This document shows positions 1-12,911 of a DNA stretch of 64,000 nt, in pieces. The DNA is from Monocercomonoides exilis PA203. Its lineage: Eukaryota > Protista > Preaxostyla. How positions within the stretch are numbered: position 1 is the first letter of the stretch; every line of letters starts with the position of its first letter. The notes beneath the pieces are model-generated. The model worked only from the letters and a program-made list of their open reading frames with translations, had not been told where the DNA came from and searched no databases. The position numbers and the translations under genes are program-made. The stretch covers positions 1,798,001-1,862,000 of the forward strand of contig LSRY02000005.1 of NCBI GenBank assembly GCA_001643675.2. Reading direction: 5' to 3'.

Positions 1-2163
1 GGAAGAGGAAGAGGAAGAAGACAACAATGATGAAGAAAAAGAAGAGGAAGAAGAAGCATCAGAAGAATGAGAAGAAGAAGAAGGCGATGATCTTAATTCA
101 TCCATTGAACTGGAACAGGAACTAGATATTGGTTTTTCTGGCAGACTTTCAGCAAGGCAAGATGATTCAGAAATGACTGTAGCGTCTTTGGAAGACAAAT
201 CTGTAGATGAAGGTGCAGAGGAAGAAACAGAGGAACCCTCACTTCCTGATTCTGATGAAACATTATTTTCTGTATTTTCTTGAGGCTTGCAACACTGCTC
301 ATCAGCATTCGAAGATGAAGAGCATCCACGACTCATATTTGCACTTTGTGGTTCATCAGTGCCATTTTCACGCAATTCAGAAGAAGATGAATGTGCAGCA
401 GTTGTCGCGGCTGATGTCTTTGAAGGATTAACAGAAGCAGACAAAACAAAAGTGAAGTCTGTCGCTGTCTGAAGAAAGTTTGTTGTTGATGAGGATAAGC
501 TACTGGAAGGCTTATCAGAAGCAGCCTGCGAAGGTAATGACAATGATGATGGTTGCTCAGAGGAGGAAGAAGAAGAAGGAATATCATCAGAAGAAGCGGA
601 AGCGGAAGCGGAAGTGGAAGAGGAAGAGGAAGAGGAAGAGGAAGAGGAGGAGGAGGAGGAGGAGGAGGAGGAGGAGGAGGAGGAGGAGGACGAGGAAGAG
701 GGTGATGAGGAAGAAGAAAACGAAAATGGATATGATAGCGGAGATGATTCCGAAGTTGACGTTAATAAGGAATCGGAAGAATATGCGTTTGCATCATTAT
801 CTAATTGCTTTTTGTTATTAGATAATTCTCCAGAAATCTCATCAGATTTTTTATTATTAAAATCTTCTTTAACAACATTAAATGATAAATCCTTTTTAGG
901 CTTTTCTTCAAGTGGAGTTTCAGCCTCTGACAAATGTTTTGAAGAAGAGCTTTCAAACGAAGTATTTGCTTCATCAAGAACAACAGAATCGGAAAGGTTA
1001 ACTTCATCTTCAGAAGTATGTGAAACACTTTGGAATGTTGTTGGCACTGTTTCTTGTTCTGTTTGAGATTCATTATTTTCCTCGCTGCTTCTTTCAATAT
1101 CAATGCTTTTGATATCAAAAATAGTATTTTCACAATTTTGTGAATTACCAAGTGAATCATTAGAGGCGATGCTTCTGTTCGATTCATTTGTCATACTGAG
1201 AGTTGGCAATGATGAAGACAACATATTTGTTTGCGTCTCACTTGAAAACCCTAAAGGTAGTTCTTCGAAGTCAGATACAAGCTCTGGTGTAGAAGCTACA
1301 GGAATAGTTGAAATGGATGATTGAGAATCCTTTTCTGAGGCATTTAATGGTGAAGAATTGGATTCGTGAGTATCAGATAAACATCGATTAGGAGTTGTAA
1401 TTGCACTATCGATGCGCGAATTACAGGAATCGTTCGTTGTATTCGTCTGAAAATCCAAGGACGAGTTACTATTTTCTGGTGTTGCATTTGTAGGTTTATT
1501 TAAAGTTGATATTGGTAGAGAATTCTGAAAGATTGAGGAATCTGACGGGATTTGCATTTCCTTACATGAAATTCCTTGACCACGATTATGTAAAATGCCT
1601 TTTATAGAATGAGAAAGTTCTTGAGTGGTTGCAGATTTTTTCAATATTAACGATTTTGGTGATTGTTCAAAACAAAATGGCTTCTTTGGTGAAAGTTTGA
1701 TTTGTTTGACCCTTTCCATTTCGTGCTGCGATAAATATATTTTCAGTGAATGATCGATCTCAGAAGTTGAACTGCTTTGAACTAATGATGGCTTCTTTAA
1801 CGGAAAATGAAATGAAGGACTTTTTTCAAGTGATGAGCGAGAAGATCTCGTCGATACACTGTGATTTCTTTGAATTTGAGGAGGAGACGGAATAAGTGTC
1901 TCTTGCTCAACGCTTCTTTGCTCTTGCTCATCATCATCACTTTGTAATTCATCTTGTTCATTTTCTGCAAAATGAGCGAAGCTATTTTCCCTAATAAGTC
2001 GATGATGAAGCATTTTAATCTCTCGTATTTTTTGTTTTTCTTTTTGGGTTTTTTGTTGAATCTCTTTTTTCTCGATTATTTCTTTTTGTTTTTGTTTATT
2101 AAGATCTTCTTGATATTGCCATAAAGAAGCCCAATCAGCTTTCTTTGCTTCACCAATCTCCAT
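1..2163 (-). CDS. Ser-rich low-complexity protein, 3' end runs off the left edge
   Basis: ATG at 2163-2161 reads MEIGEAKKADWASLWQYQEDLNKQKQK...; the same frame reads Ser codons (TCT TCC) at positions 6-1. Absent from the ORF track, consistent with no stop inside the window. The + strand poly-Glu ORF is its antisense shadow. Confidence 0.75.
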   Translation of the reverse strand, partial: MEIGEAKKADWASLWQYQEDLNKQKQKEIIEKKEIQQKTQKEKQKIREIKMLHHRLIRENSFAHFAENEQDELQSDDDEQEQRSVEQETLIPSPPQIQRNHSVSTRSSRSSLEKSPSFHFPLKKPSLVQSSSTSEIDHSLKIYLSQHEMERVKQIKLSPKKPFCFEQSPKSLILKKSATTQELSHSIKGILHNRGQGISCKEMQIPSDSSIFQNSLPISTLNKPTNATPENSNSSLDFQTNTTNDSCNSRIDSAITTPNRCLSDTHESNSSPLNASEKDSQSSISTIPVASTPELVSDFEELPLGFSSETQTNMLSSSLPTLSMTNESNRSIASNDSLGNSQNCENTIFDIKSIDIERSSEENNESQTEQETVPTTFQSVSHTSEDEVNLSDSVVLDEANTSFESSSSKHLSEAETPLEEKPKKDLSFNVVKEDFNNKKSDEISGELSNNKKQLDNDANAYSSDSLLTSTSESSPLSYPFSFSSSSSPSSSSSSSSSSSSSSSSSSSSSSSSSSSSTSASASASSDDIPSSSSSSEQPSSLSLPSQAASDKPSSSLSSSTTNFLQTATDFTFVLSASVNPSKTSAATTAAHSSSSELRENGTDEPQSANMSRGCSSSSNADEQCCKPQENTENNVSSESGSEGSSVSSSAPSSTDLSSKDATVISESSCLAESLPEKPISSSCSSSMDELRSSPSSSSHSSDASSSSSFSSSLLSSSSSSS
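617..690. repeat. (GAA/GAG)n trinucleotide microsatellite encoding poly-Ser on the - strand
   Basis: gaagaggaagag... followed by an uninterrupted (gag)n tract. Confidence 0.9.
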
Positions 2164-2946
2164 GGAGAGTTAACAAGTACAAAGTGTGTAGAAAATTTCT
2201 CGATTTCTAGTCTCCTTCGTAGATTTATAAAAAGATGTCAAAATTTTGGTTGATCAAAAAATTTCTGTTAATACATATATAAATGTAGATATGTTATAAT
2301 ATTAGAATTTAGCAATTATTCAATGGATATGAAAAAGTATAATTTATTATTTATTATGATGAATCATTTTTTATTTATTGTTTAATGAATCAAATGGATC
2401 TCCGCAACAGAAAATATCATAATTGTTTTAATAATTTAAAATTGGTTAGCGCTAAATATATATAAGCAAATTTTTAGCATTTACATTAAAAATTATTTTT
2501 TAGATAAATTCTGTTCAATTTATGCTTAGTGAAGTACAATCGTATGCATTTTTCATGCACATTATATCTTTAATTAAATTATTATTATTATTGTAACATT
2601 TTAGAACCTCACGACAGAATTATTACCACATTTCAAATCTTCAGTTTCATCAATCAGGATTATTTTTTGCTGTAAGTCGAGGGCAAACATTAGATATCTT
2701 TTTTTTCGACAACGAGCATTTATTGCAATGCGATGTTTGAAATGCATATGCATTTTTTCTTCATTATATTGAATCTTTCATTTTTTTTTGATAGTCTGAA
2801 AGTGGAATGAACTGTGCCATAAGGCCATTTTCATCAACATCATTCGAATATCATATCGCATCATTCGAATGGATAGAAATGCATACGAATTGTTCATATT
2901 ATATCCTTGTTCGATTTCCAAATAGAAATTCTTTTTGCCTGTATGA

Positions 2947-5900
2947 GTGCATATTTTCAAATTGAATTTAATTCGGGTTAGTGTATCTCTTTTATTAGAG
3001 CCTTCGCGCAAGATTACAAGAGTCATTGACCTCAAAAGTTCTGGTAGTGCTTTGACTTGTTCAACGTATTTTTTGACAAAGGAGATTCATTTCCCATTAA
3101 ACGCTGAATCAAAGGCAAAGGATACATCATCAGCTCCATTGTATTTCTCAAAGCTGTCTGCATTTTTATCGACTCTATCAGGAGAACAAGAGCCATCTGA
3201 AAATAAAACATCTGAGGATCTGACCGAACAAGTTAAAGAGTTAACTGAAGTCAAAGCGAAAGAGAATTTCATGAAAGAGTCTGATCAGCCACAAGAAATG
3301 CAATTTCTCAATGTTTATGGATTTGATGCGGACAGTCAACTCCATCAGTGGAAGATTCAATTTCCATCAACAGGGAAATTAAAATTGGATCAAAGTGAGC
3401 CATGTCAAGCTATCTTGTCAAAAGCTGTCAGAATGAAAGTTTATGGCAAGTTTACGGCAATTGCATCGATAAATGTTAGCAAGAGCAAAACAATAATCAT
3501 TGGAGGAACAGACGAAGGATTGATATACCTATTTGATTCAGCAAAGCTTGTACGTCCGTTTATTCGGCTGCTTATTCCTCCATTTTCCAGCATCAATTGC
3601 TTCGATACGAAACTATACGATGAAGTATTTGCGAGTTTAAAGAAGAGAGAAGCAAGATTTTCTGTGAAGCCACAGCGCGAGCAAGTGAAGAAAAACGATT
3701 CCGTAGCAGGATATAGCCGTCAGTTTTCAACGAAGATTAGCCAGCTTATCGTGGAAGAAAACACAAATCACCTTTTTGTTGTGTTCAACAGCTGCATCGC
3801 AAAAATCTATCTGACCGAAACACTTTCGCGATATCTTTCTCTGAGTGACACTTTCGACTATCAGAAAATTGTGAAGGAGTTTTCTCCGTTGTCAGCTTCC
3901 AAGTCAAGTATTGCAACCGCATTGTGTGTTGTACTCGAAAGCTGGCTGCTTTCTGAATTCCAAAGCCGAAGTGAAAATCAGGATAATTCAGACTCATTAT
4001 CCTCTTCTTCACTTGGGCTGGCACAATCTCAACTATCCCCCGAAACATCCGCTAATTCTTCTTCTTTCATTCCATCTGAACGAGCTTTGCCTTCTCGATC
4101 GTCAATAGCCCTTACTTCTTCAGTGAACATACCGCTGTCAGAGACATTTCTGTCTGGGCCTGTTGTTTTGTGCCCTTCTTTCTCGACTCTTCCTTCTTCT
4201 CTCGGCTTTTCTTCGATTCTTTGCGTTCCAACGACTGTTGGGATTGTATGGAGTGACCTTGCTTCACATCTTTGTCTGTCATGCGATAAACAGTCAAGCG
4301 AAAAAGGAAAAACTTCTCTTTTGGAACTGTTCAGGAAAATGGGAAGCTCCAATGAAGTTGCATCACAACGCTTTCATAAAAGCAATGAAATAACAAAAAT
4401 AACTTCATTTTCAGATAGATCTGTTTATAATAATTTTGCTCCACATAATCTGTCTTTTCATGCCAATGAAGTCTTATCTCCTTCATCATTAACTCAATAT
4501 CCATCCAATTCATCTCTTCATCTGTTTAATAATCACTTTCCTTTTCTTCTTTTAAGTTTCTTTTCCTCACAGTTTGCTACTAACCTCTTCCATATCCACC
4601 AAGCAGCTTATCAATTTGGTGAAAAGGAGTTAGCTGGTCAATTAGCAGACTCAATGAATTGGCTGAATCGGCGTTCCCGCCGCTTTGCTGGATCGTCCGA
4701 ATGGGGTGAATGGAATGCAAATGACAGTCATGATATGGAAGACGAAGAAGAAGACGAGGAGGAGGAAGAAAGAAGAGGGGACGGACATATGGAAGGATTA
4801 AACGATGCTAATAATTTCATTGATGGAGCCGATGAAGATGTGGAATCTGTGACTGAAGATGATGAAAACGGTGATCCTGATGACTTTGATGCAGCGTCAG
4901 AAGGAAACGATGATATTCTGGGCATTCAGAGAATAAGAGCCAGCATCCGAAGAAAGCAAAGGCAAATAATGGCTCGTAGGAGCCGGCAGAACGAAGTGAC
5001 ATTTCTGGTGGGAGATTTAACTGTTCGCCCAAAGGAAATTCCTCGTTTTGTTTCTTTGCCTTCAAATCGGATCGATACTGCTGATGTTTCAAAGAAGATA
5101 GTTCAGCTGCCAATAAAATTTACAGATTTGAAGTTGGGAAACGTTGACTTGCTGGAAGAGAATCATTCTGATGATGAAAAAGAAGAGTCGGGCGATGAAG
5201 AAGAAAGCGAAGATGAGAATTATCTTTTTGAAGAGCTGATTGAAGATGAAGACGGATCTGTTAGGCTTTTGCCTTCTTCAGTCCCAGGAGACACATCCAA
5301 TTCTTCTGAAAGTGCAGCTTCAACGACATCTTCTTCTGCAACTTCATCTTTGGTACAAGCCGAGCAGATTTCTGATGTAATAACAGATTCTCTGTTATGT
5401 TTCGACACAAAAAGGCAGCAATCACCAGGCAACAAAGAAGCTACGAATGCTACTGAAGAATCAGATGACAAAGAATCCATTCATAAAGACAAAGAAGTAT
5501 CCAAGCCACAAGCAAAAAAGTCAACAAAGCAAAAGAACAGCCTCATCACATCGTATTTTCAGCCGCAAAAACCAGTTAAATCGGAGCAAAAACAAACAGC
5601 TTCAAAAAATGCTCAGAAAAAGGATAAGCCGATTGCTGCAATAAACTTTGAGCAAATGGACATATTCCAAGCAATGTTTCTATTTCTGGAAGCATATGCC
5701 AGAAACGAAAGCGTTAAAGCAGCCAAGCTTTTGAATTTTGCTTCGCCGATGGCTTTGTTTTACAGCTTTTTAAAGCATACAACAGCTCAGTTTTCGAAAA
5801 CAAGCCTATTAAAATCAGAGGAAGCAATCATGAAAACTTCAAATCCACAATCATCTCCAACAGCAACTTCTTCGATGTCTCCTCCTCGTCCGATCATTCT

Positions 5901-6441
5901 TTCGCCTTCGTCCATTTCAAGTTCAATGACAAACGCTCCATCAACTTCTTCTGCTTCTTCATCTTCACTCCCTGAATCATTTTCACTTCAATTTCTGAGT
6001 TCATTTCATTCTTTTCCAATTCACCTTCCCATTTCGTATTTTTGGCCCTGCCTTCATCCTGCATTTGCGTCCCCCACCGCTTTGCAGCTGTTTCGCGATT
6101 TGGTCAACCAAAGCCTTTTTGTCTATGACACTCTTCTTCATTGCTGCGAACAGATTAGAACAATTAAGTCAAACAAAAACAAAGTTTCAATGAATAATTC
6201 TTCCCTTGGCTTAAGCCGCTTTCGACCGTTATCAAACACAACCGTTCCATCAACAATCGATATTATGCCCATGCAGCCACTTCCTCCTTTTCAAAGGACC
6301 TTCTTCAATTTTCCTGAAGAAGCATTTGATTTTTCATGCCCAACATTTATTGCTCCTCATCCATTAATCCCAGGAGTATTTCTGGTGGCTTCACAAAACA
6401 CCTCTCAAGAAGATTCTATTGTACTTTTAGTACAACAATAG
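2947..6441 (+). CDS. Large hypothetical protein, possible degenerate beta-propeller N-terminus, acidic and Ser-rich tracts; further 5' exons likely at ~2.3-2.95 kb
   Basis: 1164-aa ORF ending in TAG; a WD40-like segment (SINVSKSKTIIIGGTDEGLIYLFD); GT-AG-bounded coding-like segments upstream. Confidence 0.65.
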   Translation: MHIFKLNLIRVSVSLLLEPSRKITRVIDLKSSGSALTCSTYFLTKEIHFPLNAESKAKDTSSAPLYFSKLSAFLSTLSGEQEPSENKTSEDLTEQVKELTEVKAKENFMKESDQPQEMQFLNVYGFDADSQLHQWKIQFPSTGKLKLDQSEPCQAILSKAVRMKVYGKFTAIASINVSKSKTIIIGGTDEGLIYLFDSAKLVRPFIRLLIPPFSSINCFDTKLYDEVFASLKKREARFSVKPQREQVKKNDSVAGYSRQFSTKISQLIVEENTNHLFVVFNSCIAKIYLTETLSRYLSLSDTFDYQKIVKEFSPLSASKSSIATALCVVLESWLLSEFQSRSENQDNSDSLSSSSLGLAQSQLSPETSANSSSFIPSERALPSRSSIALTSSVNIPLSETFLSGPVVLCPSFSTLPSSLGFSSILCVPTTVGIVWSDLASHLCLSCDKQSSEKGKTSLLELFRKMGSSNEVASQRFHKSNEITKITSFSDRSVYNNFAPHNLSFHANEVLSPSSLTQYPSNSSLHLFNNHFPFLLLSFFSSQFATNLFHIHQAAYQFGEKELAGQLADSMNWLNRRSRRFAGSSEWGEWNANDSHDMEDEEEDEEEEERRGDGHMEGLNDANNFIDGADEDVESVTEDDENGDPDDFDAASEGNDDILGIQRIRASIRRKQRQIMARRSRQNEVTFLVGDLTVRPKEIPRFVSLPSNRIDTADVSKKIVQLPIKFTDLKLGNVDLLEENHSDDEKEESGDEEESEDENYLFEELIEDEDGSVRLLPSSVPGDTSNSSESAASTTSSSATSSLVQAEQISDVITDSLLCFDTKRQQSPGNKEATNATEESDDKESIHKDKEVSKPQAKKSTKQKNSLITSYFQPQKPVKSEQKQTASKNAQKKDKPIAAINFEQMDIFQAMFLFLEAYARNESVKAAKLLNFASPMALFYSFLKHTTAQFSKTSLLKSEEAIMKTSNPQSSPTATSSMSPPRPIILSPSSISSSMTNAPSTSSASSSSLPESFSLQFLSSFHSFPIHLPISYFWPCLHPAFASPTALQLFRDLVNQSLFVYDTLLHCCEQIRTIKSNKNKVSMNNSSLGLSRFRPLSNTTVPSTIDIMPMQPLPPFQRTFFNFPEEAFDFSCPTFIAPHPLIPGVFLVASQNTSQEDSIVLLVQQ

Positions 6442-6782
6442 TTTTTAGCTCTAATGCCTTGTGCTCCTTTCTTTTTTGAATTCGATTTTTTTTATGAAAA
6501 TCAAAATTGAAAGTTGTTCAGAATAATTTTAAAAATTTTAAATTTTCTCAACATGAGCAAGAAATTCTAGTTGAATAATAATTTTCACTTGAAAAATTCT
6601 TCTTGTTTTCTCCAATTAAGATATTTGCAGAATGTTATTAAAAACCTCAAACATTGCTGTACCATATTTTTATTTTTATAATTTTTTAAAAGTTTGTTTT
6701 TTCGTTTTTTCCGACTTATTTAAAAAGGATTTCTTTTTTTAATGTTTTGAATTTTTTAATTTATTAATGGATAGTTGTTTTT

Positions 6783-8574
6783 ATGGAGCAGAGATGCCCA
6801 AATTGTCTTGAAGTAATTGCAATGAATTTTGATCTTCATGTCAATTTTTGTTCAAGGCATCGAACAAGATGCGACAAGTGCGGTCAGGTTATGGAAAACG
6901 ATGTGTGTTGCTATTGTTTTTGTTTTTTTCACATTCTTTTAGAAAGTGGAAATACATCAAAACACTGTTCATAAAGAAGTTTGCTTTTTTCATTAACAAA
7001 AAACATTTATCACAATATTTTGTGTTTCTTGTTCCATAAAAGGTTCCTTGCCCACAATGTGATATGCTCATAGATGCTTATTTTTTGGAAAAGCACAAAA
7101 AGGATGAATGTCAAAATAGGGTTATTGGACAATGCCCTTATTGCAATATTGATCTTTTCCTTGACAGTCCTCCAAGTTATGCTTCTGCTATTGTTTTTAA
7201 TGAAATATTTATTTATTTTTTTCTTTCATTGCATAGATCATGTTGAGGATTGTGGAAATAGAACAGATATTTGCGAACAATGCAATAATCGAGTTAAATT
7301 GAAAGGTATATCATGACAACCAAGTGCAATTGTGAGTAAAATTCTTGTATTTCCATATTTTTATTTCTTTTTTCTTTTTTATGTTTCATTTTAGATATGG
7401 ATCGTCATTTAGAATCTGGATGCAAAGAATATTTAAGTATTCAACCTCGTCCAATCCGGCAAGGCTTAAGGCTAAAAAGCTCCGGAATTTTGTCAGCCGA
7501 AGATTTCTCATTTTTATGTCCACTTTGCCAAGAAGCCACCTTTAGCACTCGGAAAGAAGCTGAAGTGCATATATCACATGAATGCTTTCTGAAGGATTAT
7601 TTGAAGCAGTGGGAGTTAGAGAATGGGAAAAAAGCTGCTCCGCTTCCATTCACAGTCGATGCAGAAGGCGAACGTGTTTTTGTTCCACAAGACATTGCGA
7701 AGACAAAAGTGAGCAAAGAGAATGAGACAAAAACTCAGATTAGCAGAGTCGGAAGGGGAGCAGGGATAAGAAGAGACGCTTCAAGAGGCACTTCATTGAA
7801 TCAGAGAGCAGCTGGCAGACGCGCTGCTGTTAGACAGAACGTGGTTGGAGACAGAATAACGTTGTTGTCTGAAGAAACGGGAATGTCGACAAGAGAGCTG
7901 TTGGCTGCAAAGGAAAGAGAAAAACGGTTTTTTGCTCAAAGAGGCATGCGAAAAGCAACTGTGAATTTGGAGTTGCAATTTTTTAAAGAGTTTTTTTTAT
8001 TTGTCATTTTGGATGATTTTTCTGGGGTTTATTTGTTATAATCAATAAATTGTTGTACTCTTAATTTGATTTTGTCTATTTTTTGGATAATTTTGTGGCA
8101 TCTCTTTATTTTTCTAAATTCAAATTTTTTTTTCCATTTATACTTTTATTATTTAATTATTTAATTATTTAATTTGCATTTCAAAAAGGCCGAAATCCTG
8201 CTCCACCAAGGCAACCAGCCCCTCGTTTTGCGCGAGAAATAGAGAAACATGGAGGCGACTTGTACAAAAGTGCACATCGATTGGGCGTTGACAGAGCAGC
8301 TTCAGTTCCGATACGAGCGCGCCCAGTGCGAAGCCAGAATTTATACGTGCCGCCGGCAACACACAACATCGAACTGAATCGAGATCAAAAAATAGCAAGA
8401 GCTTCTCATGCTGCTCCAAAGACTGTGGCAAAGCCAGCGGCGAAAGTGATTGCTCAGCCAAAAACAAGGGCGTATTATCATCCTCCTGCTTTGGGGGATC
8501 CAAAGAAAAGAGCGGTTAATCCGAAGACACATTCAAAACCTGCTCCAAAAATACACACCATTTTCGGTACATAG
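6783..8574 (+). CDS. TRAF-type zinc-finger protein (TRAFD1/XAF1-like), multi-exon
   Basis: Joined exons give repeated CxxC...H...C fingers: CPNC..FDLHVNFC, RCDKC, PCPQC..LEKHKKDEC, CPYC..DHVEDCGNRTDICEQC..DMDRHLESGC. Short AT-rich introns lie between them. Confidence 0.75.
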
Positions 8575-8799
8575 ATATTGTTGTTATTTTAGCTTTTTTC
8601 TTTCTTTTTGTTGATTACATTAATTTGGGGAAGTTATTCGTGGATTTTTTAAAAATATTGTGCAATTTTGTTTCATGCATTTCATTTTATGCAGTTTAGT
8701 TTTGTAATATTTATGTTAAAATTTCTTGTTGGTATTGTTTTCAGAAATTCTTTGAAATGATACTATGGGTCATTTTGATCGATAAACGTTTTTCTCGAA

Positions 8800-11700
8800 A
8801 TGGAAACCGAAGAGCAGAACAATTGCGATAAAAATGTAGAGGAATGCTACAAGAAAGCATTTAGCCAGCTTGAAAAGGATGGAAAAATTACTCTTGAATC
8901 ATTATCTCAAATTGAATTTCAAAACATTGAGAACAGAGAAATTGAAAGATTATTCGAGGAATCTTCCATAAACAAAGATGGGCATATGGACGAACATGAA
9001 TTCTACACATTTATGCAAAAAATTGCAGTAAAACAACATAATTCTTCCGAAAATGATGGTTTAATCAGTTATTTTGCTTTTATTCAGTTCTAATAAATAC
9101 TGCGTTTTATTTTTTCGAACCATTTCTCAATAATTTTATTTTAGATTCGCCTGCTGTTTTTAATTTTATGGTATATCTTTTCCTCTTCTTGCAAAAAATT
9201 ATATTTATCTTTTTTAAAGGAAAAAGAATCTGTTGAGAAGAATGAAGCTGAAGAAAAACCACATCCATCTGATAACCTTGAAAAAGAGGGAGACGACGCT
9301 GATCTTAAAGAATCTTCAGTTGAGGAGCCTTCCGATTCTCAGGTTGAAATTGATCCTGAGAATCAAAAAGAAGAAACCGCTGACAAAGAACCAAATATCA
9401 GTGAGGAAAAAAAGCGCGCAGCAGAAATTATTATCAGTACTTGGAAAGAAATGAAAAAAGTGTCTGAAGCAAAAGCTGAAAGGGCAAGATTGAAAAAAGA
9501 AAAAGAAGATTTAAAAAAGGAAAACGAATCTTCATCCAAAGAAGAAGACATTAAAAAAGAAGACACATGCGACCTTGATGATTCTGATGCTATTGACAAT
9601 AATGACATGAAGACTGAAGATGCAACAAATAGCACTAATCAAAATGAAGGGGATAATGAACAGAATAAGAAAAAGACGGAAGACAGAAAAAAATCTAAAG
9701 ATAGAGAACTCGAGAATGAAAAAAGCGAATCAGAGCACGCAGAGGCAGAAGCTCAATCATCTGATATGTCCAAGTCTTCGAGCGAAGAATCTTCTGAAGA
9801 AGCACCTGCGATGGATGAAGCAACAGAATTACATGAAGAGAAAAAAGAAAGCGAGGAAAAAAAGAGCGAAAATGAAGAGGAAGCTGCCCAATGCGCTGAC
9901 CAAGCAGAATCAACGGAGGCTGAAAGCAAAGTTACAGAAGATAACCAAACTGAAGAAATAAACGAGACTTCAAACGAAGCATCAAATGAAGCTTTAAATG
10001 ACACAGCAAATGAAACTTCTAACGAAACATCAAATGAAGTGTCAAATGAGATTTCAAATGACGCTTCAGACAAAAACAATCTCGAAGAGCTCTCAAACAT
10101 TCTTGCATCGACTTTGGAGCAGATAGCGTACTTGAAGCAATCACAGGCAGAAAATAACGCTGAATTTCGAACGACATCTCTGTTATTTGCAGCAGTTCAG
10201 CTGTGTTGTGAAGGAGGGCGGATTGCTTTGACTGAGGAGGAAGTTGAAGAAAGAGCAGAGCTTATTGTGAGGGCGTTTGGAGAGAAAGAGACGAAGAGAA
10301 ACGAGAAGAGGAAGAGGGAAGAAGAAGGAGATGGGGAAGGAGAAGGAGAAGAGTTAGAAGTGATGGAGGTGGTGGAGAATACAGAGAAAGAGGAAGCAGA
10401 CGCGGAGGAAACAAAATGCGAAGACAAAACAAATGAATTGGGCTCGAGTCAAATGCAAATGTTGAAAAAGAGGCTAAATGCGACTTCTTCAGAAGAAACG
10501 ACTGAATTGTCAGGAGAAGAAACCACAGATTTGCTAGGTGCTCCATTGTTTGAGCTCAAAAAAGATCTTTTGAAAAGGACACTGACTCCATTTTTTTCGA
10601 AACATATTCTTTCGCTCTGTCACAACTTTCTTGTCGAAAAAGTGTGCTATTTATTTATTTATTTATTTATATAATCAAAAAACGTTATGATTTGCTGAAT
10701 CTTTTGACATTGTGTATTAATCTTTTAGGCCAAGCAGGTTCTATCTGATGAGCAGCTTCCGTTCAGTGTGAGCCAAGCAATCAACAAGCAAAAAAAGCGA
10801 AAAGCAAATTCTCTTTCGTCCACATCAAGAAACCTCTCAAGCAGCAAACGGCTGGCTAATTCAAGAACTGGCTATCTGAGCAGCACCCAGGTGGAGCCTG
10901 GGTATTCGAGGAAGAATTCTCGAGATTCGCTCAGTTCGACGCTGCCTGCTTCAGCCAACAGCTCCTCCTCCAGCATGCTGTCTGCATCTTCATTCAATCC
11001 AAATCTCTCTCAGACTGTTCAATCCCCAAATTCTTCGTATTATTCCAGTCGCCCTTCACCAAATAATAGAAGAAGTGCTATGCAATCTTCTCCAAAGGAT
11101 GCATCAATGCGTCCTATTTCATCCACACCTTCCAGCCGATTGAAATCTTCGACTGCTTCTCTTAATGCAACTTCAACTTCACTTGCGGCAACTTCATCAT
11201 CATCATCATCATCATCACCTTCTTCTTCTTCTTCTGTCTCTCAACCAGCCTATGTCCATTACGACCGCCTTTCGTTTACTCGCTTCCATTTCCGGTTTTT
11301 GAAGATGATGAGGCAACTGCGCATTGACGACTGGGAAGATTGCCAGCTGTATTCTGTATCTGCCTCTGCTGCCCCTTCTACTGCATCGTCTTCTTTACGC
11401 ATTTCTCCGATTTCTACTCGATCTTCTTCTGTTTCATCTCCAAATTATAATGCTTCTTCAGCCACTTTTGCTGCATCGCCGTATCAGACGGTTTCTCCTT
11501 CAGCTGCGTCTGAAGTGTCTCGCTGTAGCTCTGTTCGCTCAATGAACTCGGTACATGAAGAGAGAATTAGCGGCGAATGGGAAGGCGAAGAGATGATGGC
11601 TGAGAAAGAGGACGACTACGATTGTGGAAGAGGCATTGATCCTGAAGCAGATGAATGCATGTTTGAGAGGCAGATCCAAATGGAAAGGAAAAAGAGGCTG

Positions 11701-11835
11701 GAAAGGAAAAGGGCAGAGGAGAATCAAAAAGATCTATTTGATTGGGAAGAAAGCAAAAAATTAGCGCCGCCTTCAAATGCCGTGTGCCTTCCAACAATGG
11801 TTAGGCGAGTGGAGCGTCCTTCTTCGAAGAAATGA
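8800..11835 (+). CDS. Multi-exon protein with N-terminal EF-hand-like pair, acidic middle and Ser-rich C-terminus
   Basis: Exon 1 YKKAFSQLEKDGKITLESL...RLFEESSINKDGHMDEHEF resembles two EF-hands; ORFs 9451-10674 and 10768-11835 are linked by a GT..AG intron. Confidence 0.6.
9961..10068 (+). repeat. Coding 12-bp tandem repeat, 9 copies (N-E/D-x-S)
   Basis: NETS NEAS NEAL NDTA NETS NETS NEVS NEIS NDAS. Confidence 0.85.
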
Positions 11836-12911
11836 ATAATCAGCGAATAACCAACCTTTTCTTTCCGACTTTCTTCTTCTTCTTTTATTTTTTTATCAGC
11901 AGAGAATTCGTTGTATTTTTTTATTTACTCTTCTTCTCTTTAAGTATTCAACGCGATGCAATCATCCGCTGAACTGGCACTTTTAAAAATCTTCATTTCA
12001 ACTTATGATGTAGCTCATTTGAAGTTTTAGACTATTCTTGTGAATTATTCCTTTTTTCATTTCAACTTTTTTATTATTTATTTATTTAAAATATTTCATT
12101 ATTTTCCGAAATATTCTCACTTTTTGGAGCACTCACAATTTTCTTTAACAGACATTCGAAATGAAACTTGGAAAAATGAAGATTCTTAACAAAATTTTTT
12201 CTCTTAAAATGAAAGACATTCGTTCATCGCATTCAAATGATCCATGATAAGATCATATATCAATATTTGCGGAATAGTATTTGCCACACTGATGCAAATA
12301 TCAGTCACTTTTTTCAGTGACAGTCAATCGGATTTCATTTGAAGTGTATACAAAACAGTAAAACAATCTTTAAAATTTGTCCATGGTTAAAAGTTCTTAT
12401 TACATGAATATTATGGAATTGGATAACAACGCACCACAATTCAAAGTCTATATTTTCATTTGTTCAACTGCTTATCATTCATTCATAAGCAAAATCAGCT
12501 TTTCAAACCTCCTGGTTTTTGAGATAAATCCCAAAATTTTCTGAATTCATTTTTCAAATAATTCGAAATTCTCCCAAAATGATCTATTCGATGTCTCATA
12601 ATAACTGTTAAAAAAATCAAATATTTTTCTCTGAACAAAAATTTTCTGAGGAAATGAACAGAACAGAAATTAGCTTTTTGGATATTAATATTATGCACAC
12701 AACAAAAAGATATCCAAAATTGAGAAGAAATTACTTCATAGAAGCTTTTTTCAAATTTTGCTATTTCAAGCATTCCAGGTTGGAATTTCACTTTTCTTAA
12801 TAGGACGATATTTTTGGCTTAATGAATATTGTTCAACACTGTCGTATCAAAGATTATTCTCGTCTTTATTATATTTCTTTATTCCATATTGCACAGCAAT
12901 GCCAGAATTAT

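Noticed and set aside
12250-12600. Fragments such as ELDNNAPQFK and FKPPG that resemble a decayed DDE transposase
   Set aside because: Too short and stop-ridden, and no TIRs were found; needs a profile search.
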